A DNA stretch of 64,000 bases from Minisyncoccota bacterium. GTDB lineage: Bacteria; Patescibacteriota; Minisyncoccia; UBA6257; UBA9933. The position numbers were made by a program, and so were the translations under genes. Where the stretch lies: positions 66,998 through 130,997 of the forward strand of contig JBAZLC010000001.1 in assembly GCA_041650415.1 (NCBI GenBank), written 5' to 3'. The notes below the pieces were generated by a model. That model was not told where the DNA came from. It saw nothing but the letters and a program-made list of their open reading frames with translations, and did no database searches. Shown piece by piece: positions 1 to 8,931 of the stretch; the stretch's first letter is position 1; each line of letters starts with the position of its first letter.

Positions 1-726
1 TAATACTTCGCAATTATTTGCCATAAACCATAAAATCGCCGCATAAGGATCGATATGATTGCAGGCATCGGAATCGGCGATTAAAAATTCATCATAATTA
101 GGGCATAGTTTTTTGTATGCCAAACGATTCATTGATTCTCTATTTAATAAAAATTTAACCATTAAATATATTCTTTTTGGCACGACATAGGACAACCTGA
201 ATAAAATATTATTTCTTAATATAATTGATAATTTAACTAATCTGCCTTTGAGATCTAAATCTTTATATTTTTTTACAGCGTAACCGCCGCTGGCCCACGG
301 CCTTACCTGCCAAGCCGGTTTAAATAAAATTAATCCGCTCGGTTTCAATACGCGCAACATTTCGTTTAAAGCATTATCAATATCGGGAATATGTTCAAAA
401 ACTGTATTGGTAAAAATGGCGTCGAAAGAATTATCTACAAATGGATATTTCTTTTCCGATTCTATTGTAAAAAACGGCTTATGATATAAATTCTTCAAAT
501 TTTCCGAAATATCAATCCCCGTATAATCATCAATGATGTCTTGAAATTTTCCGTTTCCACTGCCAATTTCAAGAACTTTTTTATCTTCTAAATTGAAATC
601 TGTTATAAATTTTTTAAGCTCCGCGTAAAAAGAATCCCCTTTTATTGTTTCGAAGCTAATTGGCGAAAAACTTAATTTACCGTGAAATTCAACTTCATAA
701 AATTTTTTGTATTTTTTAGAATCCAT
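1..726 (-). CDS. Class I SAM-dependent methyltransferase. Partial: the C-terminus runs off the window start.
   Basis: Minus-strand translation from the ATG at 726 gives MDSKKYKKF...VLEIGSGNGKF...FDAIFTNTVFEHIPD. It contains the Gly-rich motif I (LEIGSGNG) and the acidic post-I loop of Rossmann methyltransferases. The ORF is open to position 1. Confidence 0.6.
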   Translation of the reverse strand, partial: MDSKKYKKFYEVEFHGKLSFSPISFETIKGDSFYAELKKFITDFNLEDKKVLEIGSGNGKFQDIIDDYTGIDISENLKNLYHKPFFTIESEKKYPFVDNSFDAIFTNTVFEHIPDIDNALNEMLRVLKPSGLILFKPAWQVRPWASGGYAVKKYKDLDLKGRLVKLSIILRNNILFRLSYVVPKRIYLMVKFLLNRESMNRLAYKKLCPNYDEFLIADSDACNHIDPYAAILWFMANNCEVL

Positions 727-751
727 AATGGCTTAATTATAGCAATCTTAT

Positions 752-786
752 AAAAAGAAAGGGAGGGATATTTCCATATCCCTCCC
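752..786 (-). terminator. Rho-independent terminator downstream of the B12 radical-SAM gene.
   Basis: Perfect 11-bp stem gggagggatat / atatccctccc with loop ttcc. On the minus strand it is followed by a T-run (the A-run at 752-760 on the plus strand). Confidence 0.6.
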
Positions 787-789
787 AGG

Positions 790-2244
790 TTATTTTGTTC
801 CCATCGAATGCTCATAACGCTTTGCAGGAGCGCCAAGATTAAATGGGATTTTCAGACCGTTACGGACATCCCTTTCAAGGTAATCGCGAAGCGACACAAT
901 CTTTTCCGTACTAAGATAATCGGTATAAACATAAGATTTGTAGCCGCCATCAGGATTTCCCTTATAGTAATCCGCAATTTTGAGGTAATCCACTTCAACG
1001 CTGTAAAGCCGTTCGCCATTATGGGTGTAAACCCAAATTCCAGGCGAGTGCAAAACTGCGTCGTCGTAGTAAGCCGTTCCGGGATAAACCGAAATTACCG
1101 CCGCATCAAAATCATCAGGCCTTACGTCCAAAAGCCATTCGCGTGTTTCCATTACCGTATTTTCGGATTCACCTGGGTGACCAATCGACATTAACGCTTT
1201 TACTTTCAGCCCGCTTTTTTTCGCGATTTCTACGCATGCGGTATTTTGCGCTTTGGTTGATTTCTTATTCATACTTAAAAGCATTTTATCCGATCCGGAT
1301 TCAAAACCGACCAAAAGCCATCTGAAACCCGCCCGAAACATCGCTCTTGCCTGTTCTTCTGAAAACAAATTGGCGCGGATAAATCCCCTAAGCCGGAAAT
1401 CAACGCCCAGTTTGCTTTGAAGATCAGACACCGCATTCATAAGACTTACGAAAGTTTTGGGTTTTAAATTGAGTTCGTCATCATAGAACATAAACCCTTT
1501 TACTCCGTACGTTTTATAAAGCAACTCTATTTCCTGAACGATGTTTTCTACTGACCGCGTTCTTGTCTTGTGAAAAGTAGGAGACTTTCTCCCTCCGCAA
1601 AATCCGCAGTCAAACGGACACCCAAGCTGGCCGATAATGCTTAAAGCCCTTTCGCCGTCGATTGAATAATGATAACTATTGACGTCGATCAGATGCCGTG
1701 CCGGAAAAGGAAAACCGTTAAGCCGTGAATTATCGAGAAAAAGACCGGATTCCAAATCATCCGCGTCAACCACCTTTGAAACACCTGCTTCCAAGGCTGC
1801 GAATATCGCATTTTCGCCATCTCCCGCAACAACGACATCAAACATGGCAGTTAAATCAGAAAATGCTTTTGCCGCTCTACCATCAATGTTTTTGCGGCGT
1901 TCATTCTTGTAAGCGGCGTTAACCAGAGTCGCATGCGGACCGCCAAGAATAATTCGAGCCGTAGGTCTGTTTTGTCTTATCGCATTGGCTATTTTCACCA
2001 CTGCCGGCATTTGAGGCGTTGTCGCCGTTATGCCAAAAACAAAGATGTCCCGCCGCGATAGATAATCACAAACCATATCCGCGTAATTCGCCACTCCCGA
2101 TAAATCCAAAACTTCAACGCCATACCCTGATTGTTCCAGAACTGCCGCAACCTTCAAAACACCTATTGAAATAAAAACTCTTTCGTCGAGCAAAAATGCC
2201 GACGGCGGAATAATGAAACAAACAGAATCCGCTCTTTTTTTCAT
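790..2244 (-). CDS. B12-binding (class B) radical SAM enzyme, a likely C-methyltransferase-type protein.
   Basis: N-terminal Rossmann-like B12-binding region (VCFIIPPSAF...VLDLSG), then a CPFDCGFCGG radical-SAM CxxxCxxC motif. The ATG at 2244 has GGAAAGGGGTG about 9 nt upstream. The track ORF starts at an upstream GTG (2253). Confidence 0.8.
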   Translation of the reverse strand: MKKRADSVCFIIPPSAFLLDERVFISIGVLKVAAVLEQSGYGVEVLDLSGVANYADMVCDYLSRRDIFVFGITATTPQMPAVVKIANAIRQNRPTARIILGGPHATLVNAAYKNERRKNIDGRAAKAFSDLTAMFDVVVAGDGENAIFAALEAGVSKVVDADDLESGLFLDNSRLNGFPFPARHLIDVNSYHYSIDGERALSIIGQLGCPFDCGFCGGRKSPTFHKTRTRSVENIVQEIELLYKTYGVKGFMFYDDELNLKPKTFVSLMNAVSDLQSKLGVDFRLRGFIRANLFSEEQARAMFRAGFRWLLVGFESGSDKMLLSMNKKSTKAQNTACVEIAKKSGLKVKALMSIGHPGESENTVMETREWLLDVRPDDFDAAVISVYPGTAYYDDAVLHSPGIWVYTHNGERLYSVEVDYLKIADYYKGNPDGGYKSYVYTDYLSTEKIVSLRDYLERDVRNGLKIPFNLGAPAKRYEHSMGTK

Positions 2245-2361
2245 CTTTATCACCCCTTTCCTTATTTAAAGTAGTGTTAAATTGCTTTAAAAAGAAAAGC
2301 ACAAAAAGTTAATAAAGTCAATATTTATTTGTGTTGAACGACGGTAATTTAAATTATTTAA

Positions 2362-2392
2362 ATAAAAAGCCGGCTCCTTTCAAAAACCGGCT
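2362..2392 (-). terminator. Terminator downstream of the NUDIX gene.
   Basis: Hairpin agccgg...ccggct followed by a T-run on the minus strand. Confidence 0.5.
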
Positions 2393-2416
2393 ACGTTCAA
2401 TCGATCGCTCTCCTAA

Positions 2417-2944
2417 TTAGAAACAAGAGGCCATCGCACGCATGACAGGATCAAAATTCTGATTGTCAACCTCAGAAAGAGAAAACCATTTGATTTCACT
2501 GTATTTTCCGCTTTGTGGCGGGAAATATTTCATTTCTCCCCGTTTTACGCCCAACGAGAAAACAACAACCAGACTATGCCGTCCGTTTTCTTTAGGCGGA
2601 TGCTTACGCAAAGGAGAAACAAAAGAGTTGACGCACAGAAAATCAAGTTTGTTGAAATCCGAGCCAATTCCAAACTCTTCCTTCAAAACGCGATTCGCTG
2701 TTTCCATTGGCGATTCACCGGGAATGATTCCTCTTCCCATTGTCCACCACATCCGCGGATGTTCACGACGGAAACCAAGCAAAATTTTTTTACTTGAAAA
2801 TTCTGCGACAACCGGTACAACATCGACAAACGCCGGAACAAAATTATCGTAGAATTTTCCAAGTTCTTTGGCGGACAAATTACTTGACCTCCGACGAAAA
2901 TCACCATAAACAAAATGGTTTATCGCATGCCTGCACTTTTTCAT
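2417..2944 (-). CDS. NUDIX hydrolase.
   Basis: Nudix box GRGIIPGESPMETANRVLKEEFGI matches GX5EX7REUXEEXGU. Confidence 0.75.
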   Translation of the reverse strand: MKKCRHAINHFVYGDFRRRSSNLSAKELGKFYDNFVPAFVDVVPVVAEFSSKKILLGFRREHPRMWWTMGRGIIPGESPMETANRVLKEEFGIGSDFNKLDFLCVNSFVSPLRKHPPKENGRHSLVVVFSLGVKRGEMKYFPPQSGKYSEIKWFSLSEVDNQNFDPVMRAMASCF

Positions 2945-3030
2945 AACTGCCTCCTTAATATTATATTGTCAAAAAATCTAAATAGAGAATAAAATATTTA
3001 TTCAATTTTGTCAAATAAAATATTAACGTT

Positions 3031-4209
3031 CTAAGACCTGATAGCGCGCAAAATGCCTTCGACGTCTTTATCGAAAGAATAATTCTTTATTATTTCAAGC
3101 GATTTTTTACCGAAAGATTGCCTCTTTTTGTCGTCTTTAACCAACTGTTCAAGGCAATAAACCAAATTTTCAATTTCTCCGGTTTTATAGATAAGACCGT
3201 TTTTATTTTCAAGCACTAAATCCGAAATCGCTCCGACAGTATCTGAAGCTATTATAGGCAATCCGAAACACATTGCCTCATTAACAACAATTCCCCAACA
3301 CTCATTAAAAGAGGGTATGACAAAAATATCGGCTATTGCGTAATATTCCGGCGTCTCGGTAAGATTTTTAAATCCGGCAAAAACAACATCCTTGAGATTG
3401 CGATCTCTGGCGTATTTTTCCAGCTCGGGACGTAGATTCCCATCCCCCACGAATATCAGCGACAAACTTTTAGTTTTCGGTTTATAGTTTTTAGCTAGCG
3501 ACTCGTACGCCTTTAATAAATCCATCGGTCTTTTTCTGTTTACCAATTTACCGACAAACAAAATAACAATATTATTTTTAACTTTTTCCCTTTCGCGGAC
3601 TTTTTTACGATCAATAGATTCTGATAACTTATAAAAATAATCGTTATCCGTGGCATAGGGCATGGAAATCAATTTATTTTCGGGCACGCCGTGATATTTA
3701 TAGAACTTTTTATCTTCATTTCCCATATACAGGAAATGTCTGATTTTTTTAAAAAACACCGTAAGAATGATTTTTTTAAGCCCTCTTTTCCATAAAGGCT
3801 TAACTAATTCGCAGGCAAAACAATTATCTCCGTGCATCGCTACCGAAATTCCCAAGAGAAACGCCGTCAACACGGCTAAAATATTCGTAAAAGAATTCCA
3901 CCCATGGACAAAAAGAAGATCGTATTTGCCGTTTTTTAATTCTCTCACTATCCCGAAATTTATTAATCCCAATAAATAATTTTCCGGCCTAGGCGAATAA
4001 TTTTTTAAAAACTTATAATTATAACCGTCTAAAAGAGGAAGATCCCATTTTATATTTTTTCCGAGCTCATGGTCAAAACTTTCTTTGCCAACTCCAAAAT
4101 CCCAACAAAAATAAACCGTTAAATCAACCTGCGGCTCTTTTGCCAATTTCTGGAAAAGCGGCACTTGATATTGAATCGGATGAGAGGTTAAAATCGCTAA
4201 TTTACGCAT
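3031..4209 (-). CDS. Glycosyltransferase family 4 (GT-B fold, retaining).
   Basis: C-terminal EX7E-type motif region PSFNECWGIVVNEAMCFGLPIIASD, with typical GT4 length and architecture. Confidence 0.8.
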   Translation of the reverse strand: MRKLAILTSHPIQYQVPLFQKLAKEPQVDLTVYFCWDFGVGKESFDHELGKNIKWDLPLLDGYNYKFLKNYSPRPENYLLGLINFGIVRELKNGKYDLLFVHGWNSFTNILAVLTAFLLGISVAMHGDNCFACELVKPLWKRGLKKIILTVFFKKIRHFLYMGNEDKKFYKYHGVPENKLISMPYATDNDYFYKLSESIDRKKVREREKVKNNIVILFVGKLVNRKRPMDLLKAYESLAKNYKPKTKSLSLIFVGDGNLRPELEKYARDRNLKDVVFAGFKNLTETPEYYAIADIFVIPSFNECWGIVVNEAMCFGLPIIASDTVGAISDLVLENKNGLIYKTGEIENLVYCLEQLVKDDKKRQSFGKKSLEIIKNYSFDKDVEGILRAIRS

Positions 4210-4354
4210 TTGTATTAAATACTATAAAAATTTCCGCATTAATTCAATTCTGTCTGTTTTTTTAGAAAAAATATAACGCCATATTGTCTTTTTAATGTCA
4301 ATTATGTATACTCCAAAACAGCACTAATTAAAATAACCTATATGGAGGCATATC

Positions 4355-5281
4355 ATGAAAGAAAAGGTTTTGATAATCAAACCGGGATATTGCGAGGTTC
4401 TAACTAACGAATCGGGAAAAACAACAAGTCTGGGAGACGTTTTAAGAAGTACGGCGATCCTGCATCTTTACAAGGATTCTTCCGTAAGCTGGGTTACTGA
4501 CGAAGCAGCCATTCCCCTCCTTGGTGGAAATCCCTACATCGACAGGATTTTCCCTTTTAACTTAACAACCGTGCTCCAGCTCCAAGCGGAAAAATTCGAC
4601 GTCGTCATAAATCTCGAAAAAGTTCCGGGTATTTGCGCCTTTTCCGACTCGCTTAAGGGATGGCGAAGATACGGATTCAGGTTTGATTCTGAAACCGGCA
4701 CCGCCAAATCTTATGACGGCTCCCAACATGTTCTGGAAATCTGTTTCAGCGAAGAAGGCAAAAGAACCAATCAAAGATGCTGGGAGGAATTCGTTTTTGA
4801 GATGGTCGGTTCCAAGTGGCAAGGAGAAATGCCGGTATTGGGCTACAAACCCGAATCGCAAGAGATTTTCGACGTCGGGTTCAATCATCTCGTCGGCGCA
4901 AAATGGCCCACAAAAGCATGGCCGCTTGAAAGCTGGAAACAGCTTGAAAGCCTTATCGGAAATGATTTGTCAGTATCATGGCAAGAAGGAATTGATTCCA
5001 TAGAAAAATATATTGAATGGATAAATTCCTGCCGGACGGTCGTAACCAACGACAGCCTTGGATTGCACATTGCCCATGCGCTATCAAAGAAAATCATCGC
5101 CTTGTTCGGACCGACGTCGCCAAACGAAGTCTACGTAAAAGACGGAATAAAAATCATTCCAAACATTATTCCGCCTTGCATGCCGTGCTTCAGCAACAAA
5201 TGCCGCATGAATAAAGAGAGCTGCATGCACGACATCGACCCAAAAACAGTATTCAGAGAATTAAAAGCAATCAGCCGCTAG
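4355..5281 (+). CDS. Glycosyltransferase family 9 (heptosyltransferase-like) with a C-terminal Cys cluster.
   Basis: GT9 signature near the C-terminus (TNDSLGLHIAHALSKKIIALFGPTSP; compare TNDSGPMHLAAALGxPxVALFGPT). Four Cys in the last 40 aa (CMPCFSNKCRMNKESC). GGAGG sits 6 nt upstream of the ATG. Confidence 0.75.
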   Translation: MKEKVLIIKPGYCEVLTNESGKTTSLGDVLRSTAILHLYKDSSVSWVTDEAAIPLLGGNPYIDRIFPFNLTTVLQLQAEKFDVVINLEKVPGICAFSDSLKGWRRYGFRFDSETGTAKSYDGSQHVLEICFSEEGKRTNQRCWEEFVFEMVGSKWQGEMPVLGYKPESQEIFDVGFNHLVGAKWPTKAWPLESWKQLESLIGNDLSVSWQEGIDSIEKYIEWINSCRTVVTNDSLGLHIAHALSKKIIALFGPTSPNEVYVKDGIKIIPNIIPPCMPCFSNKCRMNKESCMHDIDPKTVFRELKAISR

Positions 5282-5301
5282 TGCAAAAGCGGCAAAACCA
5301 C

Positions 5302-5337
5302 GAAACCCCGTTTTCCAAAAAGCGGGGTTTTTTTCTT
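5302..5337 (+). terminator. Rho-independent terminator after the GT9 gene.
   Basis: Stem ccccg(c)ttttt / aaaaagcgggg followed by TTTTTTT. Confidence 0.6.
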
Positions 5338-5427
5338 GACAAAATTTTATTTTATTGGGAATATAACAATAGCTCATAAACAAACGCACTTAAATCATTT
5401 AAAAATATATGGACGTAAGGAGGAATC

Positions 5428-6591
5428 ATGAAAACCGCTGAAAAGGAGCTTATTCTTGACGGCCACAAGCTTTGGCTACCCGATCACCGAAACAGGCTTT
5501 TGTCTTGGACCGCCGGCGAAAACATCGCGCCCATCACCATTGATTGCGCTTTAACTCGCCGATGCACATACCGTTGCGTTTATTGCTACGGCAAACTCCA
5601 GGCAAACGACGAAAAGAAAATCACAAAAGACGTTGTTTTCAGATTTTTAGACGATGCGGCAGAAATAGGCGTCCGCGCCATCAGCTTTGTCAGCGACGGC
5701 GAATCGACATGCTCACCACATTTCTACGATGCTGTCTTGCGGGGAAAAGCCAACGGAATGGATATGGCGGTCGGCACAAACGGCTATCTTCTCAAAGAGG
5801 AACGCCTTGAAGAAATTTTGCCCGCCTTAACGTACCTGCGTTTTAACATTTCAGCGGCAGAACCAAGACGGTATGCGGAGATTCACGGCTGCGACGAAAA
5901 GTGTTTTTATCGCGTTATCAAAACCATCAGGTCGTGCGTTGAGATAAAAAAAAGAAAAAAGCTTAACGTCACGATAGGACTTCAGATGGTTTTCTTGCCG
6001 GCATTTTCCGATCAGGTTTTACCCCTGGCGAAGCTAGGCAAAGAACTAGGCGTTGATTACACCATTTTCAAACATTGCAGTGACGATGAAAACGGAACCC
6101 TAAAAGTAGATTACGGCCAATACCACAACGAAACGACCGTCAATCTCTTGAAAACGGCCGAAACGCTTTCCGACGAAAAGAGTAATTATTCCGTGAAAGC
6201 CAAATGGTCTAAAATCATGGAGGGCAACAAGCGTTGTTACGAACAATGTTTCGGGCCGGCGTTTATCATGCAATTTTCCGGCTCCGGGTTGGTCGCGCCA
6301 TGCGGAATGTTGTTCGGCAAAGATTACAAAAAATACCACATCGGAAACATAGCCGAACAGTCGTTCAAGGAAATTTGGCAGTCCAAGAGATATCGCGAAG
6401 TTCTTAATCTCATCTCCTCGGAACGGTTTAACGCCAAAACAATGTGCGGCTATCTTTGCCTACAGCACAAAGTCAATGAATTCCTATGGGACTTAAAACG
6501 CCCGAAAGGAAAATCAGCGGAAAACATCGAGACGGCGCTAAAAAAATACGATCACAATTCATCGGCCGTCGTCCATAGAAACTTTATTTGA
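5428..6591 (+). CDS. Radical SAM enzyme with a C-terminal SPASM-like Cys-rich domain.
   Basis: CALTRRCTYRCVYCYG is a CxxxCxxC motif. There are additional C-terminal cysteines (CYEQC...PCG...CGYLC). AAGGAGGAA lies upstream of the ATG. Confidence 0.8.
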   Translation: MKTAEKELILDGHKLWLPDHRNRLLSWTAGENIAPITIDCALTRRCTYRCVYCYGKLQANDEKKITKDVVFRFLDDAAEIGVRAISFVSDGESTCSPHFYDAVLRGKANGMDMAVGTNGYLLKEERLEEILPALTYLRFNISAAEPRRYAEIHGCDEKCFYRVIKTIRSCVEIKKRKKLNVTIGLQMVFLPAFSDQVLPLAKLGKELGVDYTIFKHCSDDENGTLKVDYGQYHNETTVNLLKTAETLSDEKSNYSVKAKWSKIMEGNKRCYEQCFGPAFIMQFSGSGLVAPCGMLFGKDYKKYHIGNIAEQSFKEIWQSKRYREVLNLISSERFNAKTMCGYLCLQHKVNEFLWDLKRPKGKSAENIETALKKYDHNSSAVVHRNFI

Positions 6592-6605
6592 AACATAAGT
6601 TTAAA

Positions 6606-6664
6606 GTAAAAAATAACCGCCAACCTCAATGACTCACTGAGTCCGAGATTGGCGGTTTTTTCTT
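6606..6664. terminator. Bidirectional terminator between convergent radical-SAM genes.
   Basis: Stem aaccgccaa...ttggcggtt with a T-run on the plus strand and an A-run before it (a T-run on the minus strand). Confidence 0.55.
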
Positions 6665-6665
6665 T

Positions 6666-7739
6666 TCAGATAAAGTTAACGTGTTGGGGAGGATTTTTCA
6701 AACCGTTCAAATACAGATTGCACTCTTCCATCCTGCAGCCTTTTCTGCATGACGAAGCGTCGAAATCGCGCATCAATTTCCAATTGCTTTCGCGCAATTC
6801 TCCCTCCCAAATCTGCTGGAACGTTTGAGAATAGATATTCCCCAAACAGAACCTTTTATCGTTCAAAAATACGGAACAGGAGTAGACATTTCCAAAAACA
6901 TCGACATACCCCCAGAGAAACGGAACCGACGGACAACGATTGTATTCCTTGGGAGCATCAACCGAATTGAATGCGTTTTCCCTCAGAACGATTTTAAAAC
7001 CTTTTGTATTTGATCTTTCGACGATCTCTCTGATTTCCGGCATAAAATCTTGGGCATTGACCTCTTTATGATTGACGCTTGAGGGATGCTGCGAATACGG
7101 CTTTAAAACCAAATAATCGCAACCGATTCCTCCCAAGAGCTTTGCCAGAATTTCAACCTCTGAATAATTTTCCTGCAAAACGATCATTTGACCGCCGATA
7201 ACGCAACCGTTATCCTTTCTCGCCTTAATGGCGTTTTCCATATTCCTCAATACCAGTTCAAAATCCTTTTCGGGCGCCCCATGAATCATGCCGTAGGTTT
7301 TCTTTGTGCCGGCATCGATGCTCACTTTTATCCAACTTATCGCATCGATGGCTTTTTTGCAAAAAGTCCGCGTCAAAGCCGCTCCGTTTGTCGTGATCGC
7401 GACGTCTATGCCCGCTTTTTTGGCGAAAACCGCAATTTCAGCCATATCCTTATGCAAAAGCGGTTCTCCTTCTCCGGCAAACATCACGCTCTTAATGCCG
7501 AGATTGGCGATTTCGGAAATACGTTTTTTCAAGACGCTTTTATCAAGAAATTCTTTTACGTATCCCCTGAAATCCAATCCGCAAAAGATGCACCGATGAT
7601 TACAAGCACCGGACGGGGAAATTTCAAGATAGATCGGGTACACCTTTTTTGCCTTTTCCCAATCTTCCGCCTCAAGCCACTCAGCCACTCTTCTAGGATG
7701 AAAGTTGAGCTTGTGTGAATCCATTGTCATTTTATTCAT
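6666..7739 (-). CDS. Radical SAM/SPASM-domain enzyme, a paralog of 5428-6591.
   Basis: SGACNHRCIFCG is a CxxxCxxC motif. C-terminal CxxC clusters (CSVF...CRKGCRMEEC). It shares the ..F(K/Q)xIW...R.. segment with the neighbouring radical-SAM gene. AAAGGAGGAA is 9 nt upstream of the ATG. Confidence 0.8.
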   Translation of the reverse strand: MNKMTMDSHKLNFHPRRVAEWLEAEDWEKAKKVYPIYLEISPSGACNHRCIFCGLDFRGYVKEFLDKSVLKKRISEIANLGIKSVMFAGEGEPLLHKDMAEIAVFAKKAGIDVAITTNGAALTRTFCKKAIDAISWIKVSIDAGTKKTYGMIHGAPEKDFELVLRNMENAIKARKDNGCVIGGQMIVLQENYSEVEILAKLLGGIGCDYLVLKPYSQHPSSVNHKEVNAQDFMPEIREIVERSNTKGFKIVLRENAFNSVDAPKEYNRCPSVPFLWGYVDVFGNVYSCSVFLNDKRFCLGNIYSQTFQQIWEGELRESNWKLMRDFDASSCRKGCRMEECNLYLNGLKNPPQHVNFI

Positions 7740-7850
7740 CAGACTATTCCTCCTTTATTTCCATATATTTTATTTTTTATTTTTATTTATTTTCAAAGAA
7801 TCTATTAGCCTTATAACATTTTCTTTATTTTTATGCAACACCTTTATTTT

Positions 7851-7904
7851 TTAAAATAAAAGAGACCCCAAGAGCAAAAGGGGTCTCCGGCTCTAAAAAG
7901 AGCC
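7851..7904 (-). terminator. Tandem hairpin terminator downstream of the E1-beta gene.
   Basis: gagacccc...ggggtctc plus ggctct aaaa agagcc, followed by a T-run on the minus strand. Confidence 0.55.
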
Positions 7905-8921
7905 CTCGAACAAATTATTTGAAGGTGTTTTTTTTGACGGCGTTTCGCACTCCAGACCAGCCAGTCTTAACGCGCTCGACACAATCTCTTCACTGCCCGG
8001 ATAGTAATCGTTTTCCAAAACCGGACTTGTGGGAGTTTGATGCTCGGGCAAATTAATCCTGACAATATTAGCCCTAAGGCTACTTGCAATGTTTTCCGAG
8101 ACAATCGCCGCCACTTCCGCGCTTATACTGCAATTCTTCCAGCCCGTATCGGCGACTATCAATCTTCCCGTTTTTTTGACAGATTGACAAACTGTTTCCG
8201 CATCGATGGGCCTCAAAGAGCAAAGGTCTATCACCTCGGCCTCTACACCTTTTCCCGAAAGAATCTCCGCCGCCAACAAAGCTTCTTTAACCATGAAAGA
8301 GAAAGAAACTATGGTGACGTCTTTTCCTCCACGCGCCAAAACCGCTTTATTCAGATCGAGCCGATAGATTTCTTCAGGGACAAAACATTTTTCCCCATAA
8401 AGCCCTCTGTGCTCGATAAAGATGACCGGATCTTCGCCTTTTATGGCGGAAATCAGGCAACCCTTGGCCTGATACGCGTTTGACGGCATCACAACCCTAA
8501 GACCGGGAATGTGAGCGAAAAGAGATTGAGGCGACTGGGAATGTTGAGCTCCCTGTCCCCTGCCGCGACCGATAACAGAACGTATAACAACCGGCGTTGA
8601 TTTACCATACAGATATTTCCACTGCGCAAGATGATTGACTATCTGACTCATCGATACCAGCATGAAATCGGCCCTGGCATGGACTAAAACCGGCCTTTTG
8701 CCGTTTAGAGCCGATCCCAGACAAATCCCCGTAAGCGCCTCTTCTGAAAGCGGTACGTCGAACACGCGTTCTTTCCCAAATAGCGAAACTAGTTCCGCTG
8801 TGCTTCCGAAAATCCCATTGGGATAATCGACGCCGAGCCCGATGACAAAAACCGAAGAATCCTCTTCCATTGTTTGTGTCAACGCCTCATTCAAAGCCTG
8901 CGAATACGTCAACTCTCTCAT
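7893..8921 (-). CDS. TPP-dependent 2-oxoacid dehydrogenase E1 component, beta subunit (transketolase-like Pyr and C-terminal domains).
   Basis: MRELTYSQALNEAL...VFVIGLGVDYPNGIFGSTAELV...FDVPLSEEALTGICLGSALNGKRPV is typical of E1-beta. GGGAGGAAAAA lies immediately upstream of the ATG at 8921, directly after the alpha-subunit stop. Confidence 0.8.
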   Translation of the reverse strand: MRELTYSQALNEALTQTMEEDSSVFVIGLGVDYPNGIFGSTAELVSLFGKERVFDVPLSEEALTGICLGSALNGKRPVLVHARADFMLVSMSQIVNHLAQWKYLYGKSTPVVIRSVIGRGRGQGAQHSQSPQSLFAHIPGLRVVMPSNAYQAKGCLISAIKGEDPVIFIEHRGLYGEKCFVPEEIYRLDLNKAVLARGGKDVTIVSFSFMVKEALLAAEILSGKGVEAEVIDLCSLRPIDAETVCQSVKKTGRLIVADTGWKNCSISAEVAAIVSENIASSLRANIVRINLPEHQTPTSPVLENDYYPGSEEIVSSALRLAGLECETPSKKTPSNNLFEGSF

Positions 8922-8931
8922 TTTTTCCTCC

